A stretch of DNA of 64,000 nucleotides from an uncultured Thermoproteaceae archaeon (GTDB lineage Archaea > Thermoproteota > Thermoprotei > Thermoproteales > Thermocladiaceae), in assembly GCA_964575955.1 (NCBI GenBank), contig CAZNTG010000006.1, positions 544,001 to 608,000 on the forward strand, given 5' to 3'. Positions 19,711 to 30,398 of the stretch are shown piece after piece (position 1 is the first letter of the stretch; the number at the start of each line of letters is the position of its first letter). A program made the translations under genes and the position numbers. The notes under the pieces are model-generated. The model was not told the origin of the DNA and did no database searches. It worked only from the letters and a program-made list of their open reading frames with translations.

Positions 19711-20559
19711 GTGAAAAATGTAGTTAAACTTGGACATACACCAGATCCTGATGATGCATTTCTAACATATGCAATAGTTAAGAATAAGATAGGTTTAAAA
19801 GATGTAGATATAGTAGAGGTAGTACTAGATATAGAAACTTTAAATAAATTAGTAATATTGAAAAAACTTGAAATATCTGCAATTAGTGTAGCGACATACC
19901 TACTAGTTTCTAAAGATTACATAATAATTCCATATGGAGCAAGTGTTGGATATAGTTATGGTCCAAAATTAATCATAAATAGAAGATATGTAGATAGAGG
20001 AAAGATTACTGTAGCTGTTCCTGGTCTCTATACAACAGCTAGAGTATTAACAGAAGCATATCTAAGAGAAAATGGTAGGGAGTATGAGATAGTTGATGTA
20101 CAATTCGATAAAATATTAACATTATTAAATAATGATGTTGTTGAATGTGGAGTTTTAATACATGAAGAACAGATACTAGATATTGGAGATAGATACATTA
20201 AAATTGATCTAGGAGAGTGGTGGTTTAATAAATTTAAACTACCAATACCGTTAGGAATAAATGTAATTCGTAGAGATGTTGATAATAATATAGTTCAAAC
20301 AATTGTTGAAGCATTTAGAAAATCTATAGAGTATGCATATAAGAATATTGATGAAGTATTAACATACTCTCTAAACTTCTCAAGAATAAGAGATAGAGAT
20401 AAAGTACTTAACTTCATAAAAATGTATGTAAATGATAGAGAATTAAACTATAGATCAGATGAGATTAAATCTATAGAAAAACTACATGAAATATGTAGAG
20501 ATTACAGAATAGAACCATTCTATAAACATTATTTAGATATTAAGATTGCAACAATTTAA
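19711..20559 (+). CDS. mqnD: 1,4-dihydroxy-6-naphthoate synthase (futalosine pathway)
   Basis: GHTPDPDDAF, DIETLN, GASVG.SYGP, PGLYTTA, IHE, DLGEWW, LPIPLG. Confidence 0.9.
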   Translation: MKNVVKLGHTPDPDDAFLTYAIVKNKIGLKDVDIVEVVLDIETLNKLVILKKLEISAISVATYLLVSKDYIIIPYGASVGYSYGPKLIINRRYVDRGKITVAVPGLYTTARVLTEAYLRENGREYEIVDVQFDKILTLLNNDVVECGVLIHEEQILDIGDRYIKIDLGEWWFNKFKLPIPLGINVIRRDVDNNIVQTIVEAFRKSIEYAYKNIDEVLTYSLNFSRIRDRDKVLNFIKMYVNDRELNYRSDEIKSIEKLHEICRDYRIEPFYKHYLDIKIATI

Positions 20560-21309
20560 ATTTAATAATTTAAGTTCAAAAATGATCGATTCATAGATAT
20601 CATCAATATCTAGTATGTATATAAGATTTCTTGAGAAGTATGTATATATTAAATCTTTTGGGAGAGTTTTAGATAGGTAGTGAGAACTTCTACATTCTAT
20701 ATCATCTATCCAATACTTATGTCTTAACATAGTTTCAATATCTTCAACAACTTTTCTAACATTACTATAATCTCTATATATTAGTATTGAAAATATGAGT
20801 GGTCTTTTAAATATTCTATACCAAACGTCTCCAATATCAACTATTTCATAATATTTTAAATATGCTTCAAGTGCCATATCTCCAATTAGTAATGTTGGTC
20901 TTCTATTTAATACATGTTCTATATTGTCTTTAGATATCTTTATATTTTCTATATCTATACTCCTATTTAATATTCTTTTGAATAGTATATCTATAATCTT
21001 GATAGATACTGAAGATTCCTCTATTGCATATATCTTATCTATAGCTTCAATATTTATAGGCTCTTTATAGAATATTCCAACACTTCTTACAGGTCCTCTA
21101 CATGCAATACATATGTTTGATACTGTATAATCATATTTACATATTTTGCATATGGATGTTATGGGTATCATACATATGTGAGGCTTAATGTTCTTAACTA
21201 TGTCTAATGTATCTCTTGGTGTTGTCTCTATTATCTTCACATCTTTCATATCTTTAAAAAATATTCTAAATGGTTCACAGTTGAAGTATTTGAATATTTG
21301 TACTATCAT
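20533..21309 (-). CDS. mqnA: Chorismate dehydratase (futalosine pathway)
   Basis: YFNCEP, IACRGPVRSV, LLIGDMAL, DIGDVW; adjacent to mqnD and mqnE. Confidence 0.8.
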   Translation of the reverse strand: MIVQIFKYFNCEPFRIFFKDMKDVKIIETTPRDTLDIVKNIKPHICMIPITSICKICKYDYTVSNICIACRGPVRSVGIFYKEPINIEAIDKIYAIEESSVSIKIIDILFKRILNRSIDIENIKISKDNIEHVLNRRPTLLIGDMALEAYLKYYEIVDIGDVWYRIFKRPLIFSILIYRDYSNVRKVVEDIETMLRHKYWIDDIECRSSHYLSKTLPKDLIYTYFSRNLIYILDIDDIYESIIFELKLLNLNCCNLNI

Positions 21310-21311
21310 TA

Positions 21312-22376
21312 CTATAAGACCCTTATAATATTTCCAAATGAATCTCTTAATACAGGTTGTTTTCCTGTCTCTCTTATTAGTTTAGTTAATTCCTCTATAG
21401 ATGTTGTCTCTAGTCTACCTGTCTCTCTAAATACTTTCTCATTTATCATTGTTCCAACTAGATCATTTGCACCTGACCTGATAGCAATTTGAGCTAGTTT
21501 TTTACCAATAGATATCCAGTATGCTGATATATTTCTCACATAGTCTCTCAATATTATTCTTGATATCGCTATTACTCTAAGTACATATTCGCTAGAACAT
21601 TCAGACTTTACTAAACCTCTCCTATACAATTCTGTGTTTTGTGGATTGTATTTTAATGGTATAAATGTTATTATAGATCTAGTCTTTTCTTGAAATTCTC
21701 TAATTTTCAATAGATGTTCAATTATGTGTTCAGGTCTTTCTACATGTCCAAATAGCATTGTTGCATTTGTAAGTACGTTATGTTTTGAAGCTATATATGC
21801 AATATTAAACCACTCCTCTGCAGATATTTTATTTGGAGTTATTATCTTTCTAATATCTCTATTATATATTTCTAGACAACCACCACTAAGTATGTCTAAT
21901 CCAGCATTTCTCAATCTATCAATAACTTCTTCATATGACATTCTCCAAATTTTTGAATAATAAGCAATTTCACAACATGTTAAACCTTTTATAGTTATTT
22001 TAGGAACTCTACTCTTTATTAGTTTAAACATCTTTTCAAAATATTCTATATCTAACTCAGGATTTAGACCGCCATTGAGATGAACTTCAGATACTCTATA
22101 TTTTAAATATGCATCTTCAACAATCTTACAAACTTCTTCAGGAGTTAATGTATATGCATCTTTATCATTGAATGATCTAGAGAATGCACATATTGGACAT
22201 CTTGCAACACATATATTTGTGTAGTTCACAACTACGTTATTTACAAATGATACATAATTTCCACAGTATTTAGAACATAGCTTATCTGCAAGTGAGAGTA
22301 GTTCATGTAGAGGCAGTTCAGTAAACATGTAGAGATAGTCTCGATAGTTCAACTCTTCAATGCTTAATCTTGTCAC
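21312..22376 (-). CDS. mqnE: Radical SAM aminofutalosine synthase (CofH/MqnC/MqnE family)
   Basis: NYTNICVARCPICAF CxxxCxxC, ATMLFGHVE, AYWI, GANDLVGT; probable GTG start at 22376 (ORF track extends to 22499). Confidence 0.8.
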   Translation of the reverse strand: MTRLSIEELNYRDYLYMFTELPLHELLSLADKLCSKYCGNYVSFVNNVVVNYTNICVARCPICAFSRSFNDKDAYTLTPEEVCKIVEDAYLKYRVSEVHLNGGLNPELDIEYFEKMFKLIKSRVPKITIKGLTCCEIAYYSKIWRMSYEEVIDRLRNAGLDILSGGCLEIYNRDIRKIITPNKISAEEWFNIAYIASKHNVLTNATMLFGHVERPEHIIEHLLKIREFQEKTRSIITFIPLKYNPQNTELYRRGLVKSECSSEYVLRVIAISRIILRDYVRNISAYWISIGKKLAQIAIRSGANDLVGTMINEKVFRETGRLETTSIEELTKLIRETGKQPVLRDSFGNIIRVL

Positions 22377-22432
22377 GATCCTCAAGTGTAGACAGATCTG
22401 AGCTTTTAAATATGTACGTTCTAATACATATA

Positions 22433-23620
22433 GTGAATGTAGAAGAATTAGAAAGACCGAGATATGATGGAGAAAGTATTGTAAATATACCAAACTCAAT
22501 ATTGAGAATATTTGGAATACCTGTAAGATTTAAATCTCTTAAAAAAGAAATATATTCACAAATACAGACAGAAAAAATACTACTAATACTTATAGATGGA
22601 TTAAGGCTTGATATAGTTAGAGAAGTACTGTCTGAACATGAAGACTTGAAGAAGCTTTATAAAAACATGTATATAATAACATCAACATTTCCATCAACAA
22701 CACCTACAGCATTAGTATCAATAAGCATGGGACAACCTCCAGGAATTCATGGTATTTTGGGAACAGTAATCTATGTTAGAGAGGTTGGACTTATAATAAA
22801 TACATTAAATCTAAGTCCACACTTTAGATCTGAAGAAAGAGATTCACTATTTAGGATGGGTATAGATTTAACAAAAATATTACCAACAGAATACACAATA
22901 TTTGAAGAGTTGTCTGAAAATGGTGTTAGAAGTTTAACATTAATACCTAAAGGATTGAGAAGTGGTATAAGTAGAATAATTTATAGAGGTTCAGAAATTC
23001 AGGAATATGCATATCTGACAGAGGCAATAATAGAAGGTTTGAGATTTCTAGAGATGAATGATAGAGCACTTGTATACATATACAATCCAGCACCAGATGA
23101 GATTGCACATAAGAGAGGTGTAGATTCAGAACACTATAGAGAAACTGTGGTAGAGATGTTTAGACTAATTATGAAGTGTATTGAAAAGAGAGTCAGAGTA
23201 CCTATAACTTTAATATTAACTACAGATCATGGTCTAATTAATACAGATGAGAGAGATTATATAGAAATGAATAAATTTGAAAAATTAATATCAAGATTAG
23301 CAGCACCACCCTATGGTGAATCTAGAGCTTCATTTCTAATAACTAGAGAAGAGTTAGAAAATTGTGAAGATTTAAACTATATACTTGACAACGGATTTAT
23401 ACTAATTAGGAAGAATGATAAAATGATGATTGATTTATTAGGATGTGATGATATTACAAAAGCTAAAAATGTTGGAGATTATCTACTAGTATCAACATCA
23501 TCAAAATGTTTAAGATATAGCTATAATCTACAGGAACGTGAGAGAGAAGTTCTACATGCAATGCACGGATCTATAACACCTGAAGAGTTAAATATACCTC
23601 TCATAATATTGAACTTCTAA
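22433..23620 (+). CDS. Alkaline phosphatase-superfamily nucleotide pyrophosphatase/phosphodiesterase
   Basis: LIDGL, STFPSTT, DEIAH, TTDHG, HGS; probable GTG start at 22433. Confidence 0.88.
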   Translation: MNVEELERPRYDGESIVNIPNSILRIFGIPVRFKSLKKEIYSQIQTEKILLILIDGLRLDIVREVLSEHEDLKKLYKNMYIITSTFPSTTPTALVSISMGQPPGIHGILGTVIYVREVGLIINTLNLSPHFRSEERDSLFRMGIDLTKILPTEYTIFEELSENGVRSLTLIPKGLRSGISRIIYRGSEIQEYAYLTEAIIEGLRFLEMNDRALVYIYNPAPDEIAHKRGVDSEHYRETVVEMFRLIMKCIEKRVRVPITLILTTDHGLINTDERDYIEMNKFEKLISRLAAPPYGESRASFLITREELENCEDLNYILDNGFILIRKNDKMMIDLLGCDDITKAKNVGDYLLVSTSSKCLRYSYNLQEREREVLHAMHGSITPEELNIPLIILNF

Positions 23621-23621
23621 C

Positions 23622-24278
23622 TCAAATACTACTACTAAACTTACTCCTAATTATATCAACCCAAACATTATCCTTTATAAAGCTAGGTATATCACATTCT
23701 TTAACATTTCCCACTTCTGAACTAACATCATGTCTATAATTATTCGAAATTTCATTTATAGTTAATCTACTACCTATACTATCAACTACTTTCAATAATG
23801 TTGAATTTATACTTTCTAAAACATTTATTAACATATTCATCTTCTCTTCAATTTTATTAAGTATAAGTTCAAGTATTTGAGTTGTAGTTTTCATGATATC
23901 ATCATTGAGAACTCTATCCTTACTCTCAAATTCATTACTATTCTTAATGTATTGTGGTATTGTGTATGGTAAGTTTATTGATAATGATATTTTAAATGAT
24001 AATACCTTGCTATATGTCATATTTTTAACATCTACTCTACTAGTACTCTCTCTAGTTCTCTCCTGTACATACTCTCTATCATCTCTATTACCTTCTCTGT
24101 TGTTATTATTATTTCTACTATTTTGATCTTTTAGAAATGCTGATCTATATTTTGATATTGCTTTATATACTGTATTTATTGAAAGACCTAAAATTTCGGC
24201 AATTTCTTTAGGTTTCTTTCCCTGTTCGAAGTATAGTTTACCAACTTCAATTTCTGTCTTGGATAGTTTTATAGACAC
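23622..24278 (-). CDS. HTH-domain putative transcription regulator
   Basis: KPKEIAEILGLSINTVYKA N-terminal HTH, coiled-coil centre. Confidence 0.75.
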   Translation of the reverse strand: MSIKLSKTEIEVGKLYFEQGKKPKEIAEILGLSINTVYKAISKYRSAFLKDQNSRNNNNNREGNRDDREYVQERTRESTSRVDVKNMTYSKVLSFKISLSINLPYTIPQYIKNSNEFESKDRVLNDDIMKTTTQILELILNKIEEKMNMLINVLESINSTLLKVVDSIGSRLTINEISNNYRHDVSSEVGNVKECDIPSFIKDNVWVDIIRSKFSSSI

Positions 24279-24338
24279 GTTAGGTAAATTACTTACTAGC
24301 TTTATAAGCAGTGTATGGTAAGTAGCTTAGTATATATC

Positions 24339-25571
24339 CTATAATAGTTTTCTAGCTATTGTAAGTATGTTTCTTGCTAGTTCTCTCTTATGTATATTTT
24401 CAAACTTTCTTATTACTCCATTTCTATCTATGAGCAATACTGTATCTTTCTCAGTTTCAAAACCTAGACCTTTAGAAACGTCATGTGCTATTACCATGTC
24501 TAGATCTAGGTCAAACATCCTTACTAGACTTCTCTTAACTAGATCTCTTTCTTCAACATTCCACTCAGCTTTGAATGCAATTTTCAATTTTACATTATCT
24601 GCAGCCTCTATTACTTTTGGAGCTTTTCTTAATTTTAATTCAATAGAATCTACAACATCACTATCAATCTTTTTATCAAATCTAGTCTCAAGTTCATAGT
24701 CTAGTGGTGCTGCTGTAAATATTGCAATATCAATTTTAACATTTCTACATATTTCACGAACTGTATTATACATATCTCTAGTTGTCTTAACTCTATATAT
24801 ATGTACATTGTATACATCTTTAATTAAATCTTCACACTTCTTTGATATATATCCACATACCAGGTATACCTCAGCACCTCTACATGATGCTTCTCTAGCA
24901 AAGTATATACCTGTAAGTCCACTACTCGGTGTAGATATGTATTTTATAGGATCAATATACTCTCTTGTAGAACCTGCAGTTATTAAAATTTTCAAATTTT
25001 CAAGATCAGGTTGAGCTGATAAATCTATAATTTTCTCAATAACTCTCTCAGGACTTGGAAGTTTTGCCTTATCTTCAACAATGTCAGGTTCTATAATATG
25101 TATATTTGATATTATTTTTAATTCTCTCAATACTTTCCTAGTTATAGCATTATTCCATAATGAGATATTCATTGCAGGTACAATCAACACTTTCTTATTA
25201 AATCCTAGACAGGACAATGCACATAGTGTTACTGGTGTATCACATATTCCAGAAGCTATCTTACTCATAGTATTTAATGTACATGGATATATGCAGTATA
25301 TATTACACCAATCTGCAAATTCTATATGTAATGCTCTCCCTCTTTCACAATTAGGGTAGTATACATCATTATTAGAAGCCCATTTAAGTAAGTCTAAAGT
25401 TACAAATCTTAACCCACTTCTAGATACTACAAATCTAACATTAGCTCCATGCTTTCTAGCTATTCTACATAGATCAACCGCTCTATATGCAGAACAGCTA
25501 CCTGAAATTCCTATAAGTATGTTCGTATTTGATAATAAATTACTTAACCTCTCAATTTTCTCAACATGCAC
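24339..25571 (-). CDS. coaBC: Phosphopantothenoylcysteine decarboxylase/ligase
   Basis: GISGS, PCTLNTMSKIA, PAMN, ITAGSTREYIDPI, FKAE. Confidence 0.95.
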   Translation of the reverse strand: MHVEKIERLSNLLSNTNILIGISGSCSAYRAVDLCRIARKHGANVRFVVSRSGLRFVTLDLLKWASNNDVYYPNCERGRALHIEFADWCNIYCIYPCTLNTMSKIASGICDTPVTLCALSCLGFNKKVLIVPAMNISLWNNAITRKVLRELKIISNIHIIEPDIVEDKAKLPSPERVIEKIIDLSAQPDLENLKILITAGSTREYIDPIKYISTPSSGLTGIYFAREASCRGAEVYLVCGYISKKCEDLIKDVYNVHIYRVKTTRDMYNTVREICRNVKIDIAIFTAAPLDYELETRFDKKIDSDVVDSIELKLRKAPKVIEAADNVKLKIAFKAEWNVEERDLVKRSLVRMFDLDLDMVIAHDVSKGLGFETEKDTVLLIDRNGVIRKFENIHKRELARNILTIARKLL

Positions 25572-25593
25572 ACTATGTAGTTAGTAATGATGT

Positions 25594-26625
25594 TTATAAC
25601 ATTTTAGGTATTTTAATTCCAGGTCTAACTTTCCAGAATTTATATAACATCTTACCAATTTTAACAAGACCTTCATATGTCATTTTCTTAATTTCAGAAC
25701 TACTCTCTTTACTTATTGGATCGTAGTATGGCTTTTCTATATTTAACAGACCTGCTAGAAAGTTTGAAAATGCTTTCTCAATAGATTTTTTAGAAGATAC
25801 ACATTCTATCAAGATTATCAACTTTTTAATATATATTGACTGTAATAACATAGATAACATTTTACCAACATCATATATAGCATCACAAGATATCATAAAT
25901 TCTCCAATAAGATCTTCTCTATATATGTCTAATCCAAGTAAGAAAATTAATACTTCAGGATTGTATCTTTGAACTATTCTAAATGCGTAGTCTAATGTTG
26001 GAATTAAAATATCATCTCTAGAACCTGGAGGTATTATTATTGGAAGAACTTTCCATGGATTTTTCTTAATTCTCCTATATATTTTAGTATCAATATCACT
26101 CATACTGCATATTGATATGAAGAATATTTCTCTACCAAGATCTCTCTCATACATAACCTCATCATGAATACCAATACCATAATGAACATCTAGAGATACT
26201 ATACATGTCTTACCATTAAGCTTCTTAGCTATGTATGTTGTTAATGAAAATATGCTACACTTTCTTAAGAATGTTCTACCTGCCCATAAGTCTGGTGGAT
26301 ATGCGATACTTAGTACAATGTTTGTATCACTATTCAATATTGAGTAAACTTGACTATATATTATCGACATGTACTTCTTGAAGTATTGTCTAGATTTTGC
26401 AGATATGTATAGATCTTCAGAATGAACTTCAGTGTATAGATTTCTTAATATTTTTAAATCTTGTTCTTCAACATTTTCAATCTTCTTAATATTTAATTCA
26501 ACATTTTTAAACGATCTTACCTTAAGTATTGATTCTTCAAACCAGGATATCTTTGGTCTACTAGATATTATGTATGGTAAGTCTAGATTATCTAAATCTG
26601 ATGGTAAGACTATACTAATACTCAT
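25594..26625 (-). CDS. Divergent histone-deacetylase-fold protein
   Basis: LDVHYG.G, PPGS.D, GLD...D.IG, LIE; canonical HH and GGY motifs are missing. Confidence 0.7.
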   Translation of the reverse strand: MSISIVLPSDLDNLDLPYIISSRPKISWFEESILKVRSFKNVELNIKKIENVEEQDLKILRNLYTEVHSEDLYISAKSRQYFKKYMSIIYSQVYSILNSDTNIVLSIAYPPDLWAGRTFLRKCSIFSLTTYIAKKLNGKTCIVSLDVHYGIGIHDEVMYERDLGREIFFISICSMSDIDTKIYRRIKKNPWKVLPIIIPPGSRDDILIPTLDYAFRIVQRYNPEVLIFLLGLDIYREDLIGEFMISCDAIYDVGKMLSMLLQSIYIKKLIILIECVSSKKSIEKAFSNFLAGLLNIEKPYYDPISKESSSEIKKMTYEGLVKIGKMLYKFWKVRPGIKIPKML

Positions 26626-27902
26626 AATTTCATACTACATAGTGATGACTCAATCTTACCCTTATATATTTCTGTAAGCTTATCTACAAGTCTAGATGTT
26701 GTATAGCTTAGTAAGAATTCTCTAGCTCTTTCTCTAGCATTCTTACTCATCTCATCTCTAACATCAGGATGGTCTAGTAGATATTCTACACGTTTAGCAG
26801 CTCCATCAATATCTTCAGGACCGTTTACGTGAAATCCATCAATTCCATCTCTAACAACCCATCTCTGACCATATACTGCAGATGTTATTATTGGTACACC
26901 ACCATACATAAACTCTATCTGTGTTAATCCTAGAGCTTCCATCTTACTCATTATGATGTTTAGGTAGCTCTCTTTGATTAGCTTAATCTTATCAATATCA
27001 TCTAACTCACCTGTAATTGTAACATTTGGAAGATCTTTACTTTCTTCAACAACATCTCTCCACTGATTACCAGGTCTTCCAGCAATTACGAAATGTACAT
27101 CTTTTCTATGTTTTAACTTTCTAGCAACTTTAACTACAGCTAGTGGATTTTTCCTCTTCTCAACTGTTCCAAGGTATGATACTATTTTAACATTTTCAGG
27201 AATACCAAACTTCTTTCTAAAATCTGAAGAATCTATCTCTTCAAGCTTCTTAACTTCATCATCATCAACACCTGTAGGGTAGATAAATATCTGATCTTTC
27301 TTAGCACCCATCATTATCATATCCATAGCCTCTATAGGTGTTACACATAGTATTAGATCTGCAACATTGAAAATTATTGGAAGAATAAGTCTATTCCACG
27401 CAATTCTATAAGACCTCTCATATACTCCATAGTATGTTGGATCTGGAGGTTGATAATGACTCATATGACAGAAAATGAAATCTCTACAAGAGCCAGATAG
27501 TATTGATTCAGTTCTTCTCCACTGAACAAATTTTGCAACATCTTCAGGACCATTCCAAAGTGTTGAGTGTGTTATTAATGTGTTTATATTAAACTTATCA
27601 ACAATCTCTATTAAAGCATGTATAAAGTCTTTAAACATTATTCTTCTAGGAGGCCAATTTACTGAATATGCCTTAACTCTTATAGTTGGAAGTTTTATAT
27701 ATGGGTCAGATTCAAAATAGATATAATTCCTATCTTCAAATTCTCCATCCTTAATTATAGGCTCATTATCATGATAGTTACTAGTTATCAAATATGCATC
27801 ACATCCAAGACGTCTAAGCCACTTAACCATTCTCTGAGCTGCAAGTTCCTGTCCTTTTGAGTTGCTAGTTTGATACATTATTACTCCAATTGATAAATTC
27901 AT
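26622..27902 (-). CDS. Glycosyltransferase family 4
   Basis: YLG...RKN, S..EALGLTQIE, DG.DG. Confidence 0.9.
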   Translation of the reverse strand: MNLSIGVIMYQTSNSKGQELAAQRMVKWLRRLGCDAYLITSNYHDNEPIIKDGEFEDRNYIYFESDPYIKLPTIRVKAYSVNWPPRRIMFKDFIHALIEIVDKFNINTLITHSTLWNGPEDVAKFVQWRRTESILSGSCRDFIFCHMSHYQPPDPTYYGVYERSYRIAWNRLILPIIFNVADLILCVTPIEAMDMIMMGAKKDQIFIYPTGVDDDEVKKLEEIDSSDFRKKFGIPENVKIVSYLGTVEKRKNPLAVVKVARKLKHRKDVHFVIAGRPGNQWRDVVEESKDLPNVTITGELDDIDKIKLIKESYLNIIMSKMEALGLTQIEFMYGGVPIITSAVYGQRWVVRDGIDGFHVNGPEDIDGAAKRVEYLLDHPDVRDEMSKNARERAREFLLSYTTSRLVDKLTEIYKGKIESSLCSMKL

Positions 27903-28112
27903 AAATTATCTACAACATTTTAATTATAGGGTTTATATATTCTTACCCATGAATATGTTAATTATTATTTTTCATAACTGCAATACAATTCACAAATATG
28001 AGACATATGTAAAATATTAGAAACATGTATAACATATCTGTAATCTTGAATAGTCATACTTCAGACTTAGCTAGCTTATAAATTATCTAAGTCTACTATT
28101 GTTAGGTAGCAT

Positions 28113-30398
28113 GTGAAGATTGAAGAATTACCAATATCTGATAAATTGAAGAAGTTGATTATTGAGGAGAGAGGGATAGTAGAACTATATCCTCCTCAAG
28201 CTGATGCTATACGTGCAGGTATTTTAAATGGTGAAAATGTTGTTTTAGCAACATCAACAGCAACAGGAAAGACATTTATTGCAGAGTTAGTGCTAGTTCA
28301 TTCAGTATTATCGAGAAGATGTAAAGGCGTTCTTTTAGTACCACTAAAAGCTTTAGCACATGAGAAATGTGAAGATTTGAAAATATATGAAAAGCTTGGT
28401 ATAAAGATTGCTGTAACAACAGGAGATTACGAATCTCAAGATACGTGGCTTGAGAAATATGACATAATTGTAGCTACATATGAAAAATTTGATAGTCTTC
28501 TTAGACATAGAGCATCATGGTTGAAAGATGTTGATGTTGTAGTTATAGATGAGATACACTACATATCTGATGATAAGAGAGGACCTATAATTGAGTCTAT
28601 TATTGCAAAGTTGAGAATGTTGAATATGAATCCTCAAATTGTAGCTTTAAGTGCTACAATTGATAATGCTGAAGAGATTGCTGAGTGGCTAGATGCTAGA
28701 CTTGTAAGATCTAGTTGGAGACCTGTAAAACTTAGAGAGGGAGTGTATTATGATGGTACGATATATTTTAAAGATGGTGAAAATGTCAGTGTTAGAAAGA
28801 TTAGAGATCCTGTAACTGACTTAGTGATTGATGTTCTTGAAGATGAAGGTCAAGCATTAGTATTTACTAACTCTAGAGCAAACACTGTAAAACTTGCAAA
28901 TAGTATTGCACAGTTCATAGCTAGTTATAGTAAGAGATTGATAGATGTTGATGAAACTTTGAAAGTGTGTTCTAAAATTGATGAAGTTTCATCATCTAGA
29001 CTCATAGCTGAAGAATTGAAGAGAGTTGTTAAGTATGGTGTAGCATTTCATCATGCTGGTCTTGAACATGATGTTAGGAAGGTTATAGAGAGAGCATTTA
29101 GAGATAGAATTTTGAAAGTTGTTATAGCTACAACAACACTTGCAGCAGGTGTTAATCTTCCAGCTAGGAGAGTAATAATTCATGACTATAGAAGATATGA
29201 ACCAGGTATAGGGTATGAACCAATACCAGTATCAGAGTATAAGCAGATGGCTGGAAGAGCAGGAAGACCTAGATTAGACCCATATGGTGAAGCTATTCTG
29301 ATAGCTAGGAGAGAAGACGAGATTGAGAAATTGATGGATTTCTACATAAATTCAAATCCTGAACCTGTAATTTCAAAATTTTACAACGATAAAGCACTAT
29401 CAACACACATATTAGCAGCAATTGCAGGTAGATATGTTGAAAATATTGAAGATATTTTAAAATTTGTAGAATATACACTAGCAGCAAAACAGAAAAATCT
29501 AACTAGTGGTATATCATTAAGATTTCTAAAGGATAGAATTGAAAGGATTGTAAAGATGTTAGAAGATAGTGAATTAATAATTAATAAAGATGGTAAAATT
29601 AGACCAACAAAACTTGGATTAACAGCAGCATTAAACTATCTAGATCCAGAAACTGCTAAACTATTTATAACAGGTATAAAGAATATAAGAAGTAATGTAG
29701 ATATAGCATATCTATATGTTGTTATAAAATCTAGTGAAGTTCCAAAATTACGAATTAAGAAGAATGAAGTTGAAAAATATATTTCAATATTGAAAGATTG
29801 GCATAAGATATTGCCATTTAATGTAGATATGGATGAGTTAGATAGAGATGAGATTAATCCAATATTAGAAGAATTGAAAACTCTATGCATGATACTTGAC
29901 TGGATATCTGAATATCCTGAAGATACTATAGTAATGAAGTATGAAGTTGGACCTGGAGATTTAAGAATGTACTCAGATACTCTAGAATGGTTATTGTCAG
30001 CTGCAAGTCAGCTAGCTAAGGTATTGGGATTGAAAGATGTTGCAGAGAGATTTGAAATATTGAGAATTAGAGTTAGATATGGTATCAAGACAGAACTTGT
30101 AGAACTTGTACAAATTGAAGGTATTGGTAGAGCTAGAGCAAGGGCACTCTACGATGCAGGATTTAGAACTGTTGAAGATATAGCAATGTCAGATCCTAGA
30201 GAAATCTCTAGAAGAGTTAGAGGTATTGGTGAAAAACTTGCTAAATTGATAGTAGAGTCTGCTAGAGAATTACTAAAGAGAGGTTATATAAAAATACCAA
30301 GAGAGTATATAGATATTCAAATATCTAAAAGTGATAATGTGAAGATTGAGGATAAAACAAAAAGAAGAACAATACTAGATTACTTCAATGAAATTTAA
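28113..30398 (+). CDS. hel308: ATP-dependent DNA helicase Hel308 (Ski2-like)
   Basis: LYPPQ, ATGKT, DEIH, LSAT, FHHAGL, QMAGRAGRP, C-terminal HhH with RAR motif. Confidence 0.95.
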   Translation: MKIEELPISDKLKKLIIEERGIVELYPPQADAIRAGILNGENVVLATSTATGKTFIAELVLVHSVLSRRCKGVLLVPLKALAHEKCEDLKIYEKLGIKIAVTTGDYESQDTWLEKYDIIVATYEKFDSLLRHRASWLKDVDVVVIDEIHYISDDKRGPIIESIIAKLRMLNMNPQIVALSATIDNAEEIAEWLDARLVRSSWRPVKLREGVYYDGTIYFKDGENVSVRKIRDPVTDLVIDVLEDEGQALVFTNSRANTVKLANSIAQFIASYSKRLIDVDETLKVCSKIDEVSSSRLIAEELKRVVKYGVAFHHAGLEHDVRKVIERAFRDRILKVVIATTTLAAGVNLPARRVIIHDYRRYEPGIGYEPIPVSEYKQMAGRAGRPRLDPYGEAILIARREDEIEKLMDFYINSNPEPVISKFYNDKALSTHILAAIAGRYVENIEDILKFVEYTLAAKQKNLTSGISLRFLKDRIERIVKMLEDSELIINKDGKIRPTKLGLTAALNYLDPETAKLFITGIKNIRSNVDIAYLYVVIKSSEVPKLRIKKNEVEKYISILKDWHKILPFNVDMDELDRDEINPILEELKTLCMILDWISEYPEDTIVMKYEVGPGDLRMYSDTLEWLLSAASQLAKVLGLKDVAERFEILRIRVRYGIKTELVELVQIEGIGRARARALYDAGFRTVEDIAMSDPREISRRVRGIGEKLAKLIVESARELLKRGYIKIPREYIDIQISKSDNVKIEDKTKRRTILDYFNEI

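Noticed and set aside
22370-22499. Head-to-head overlap of mqnE and the phosphodiesterase ORFs
   Set aside because: Artifact of longest-ORF starts. GTG starts at 22376 (-) and 22433 (+) leave a normal bidirectional promoter with a TTTTAAATA box.
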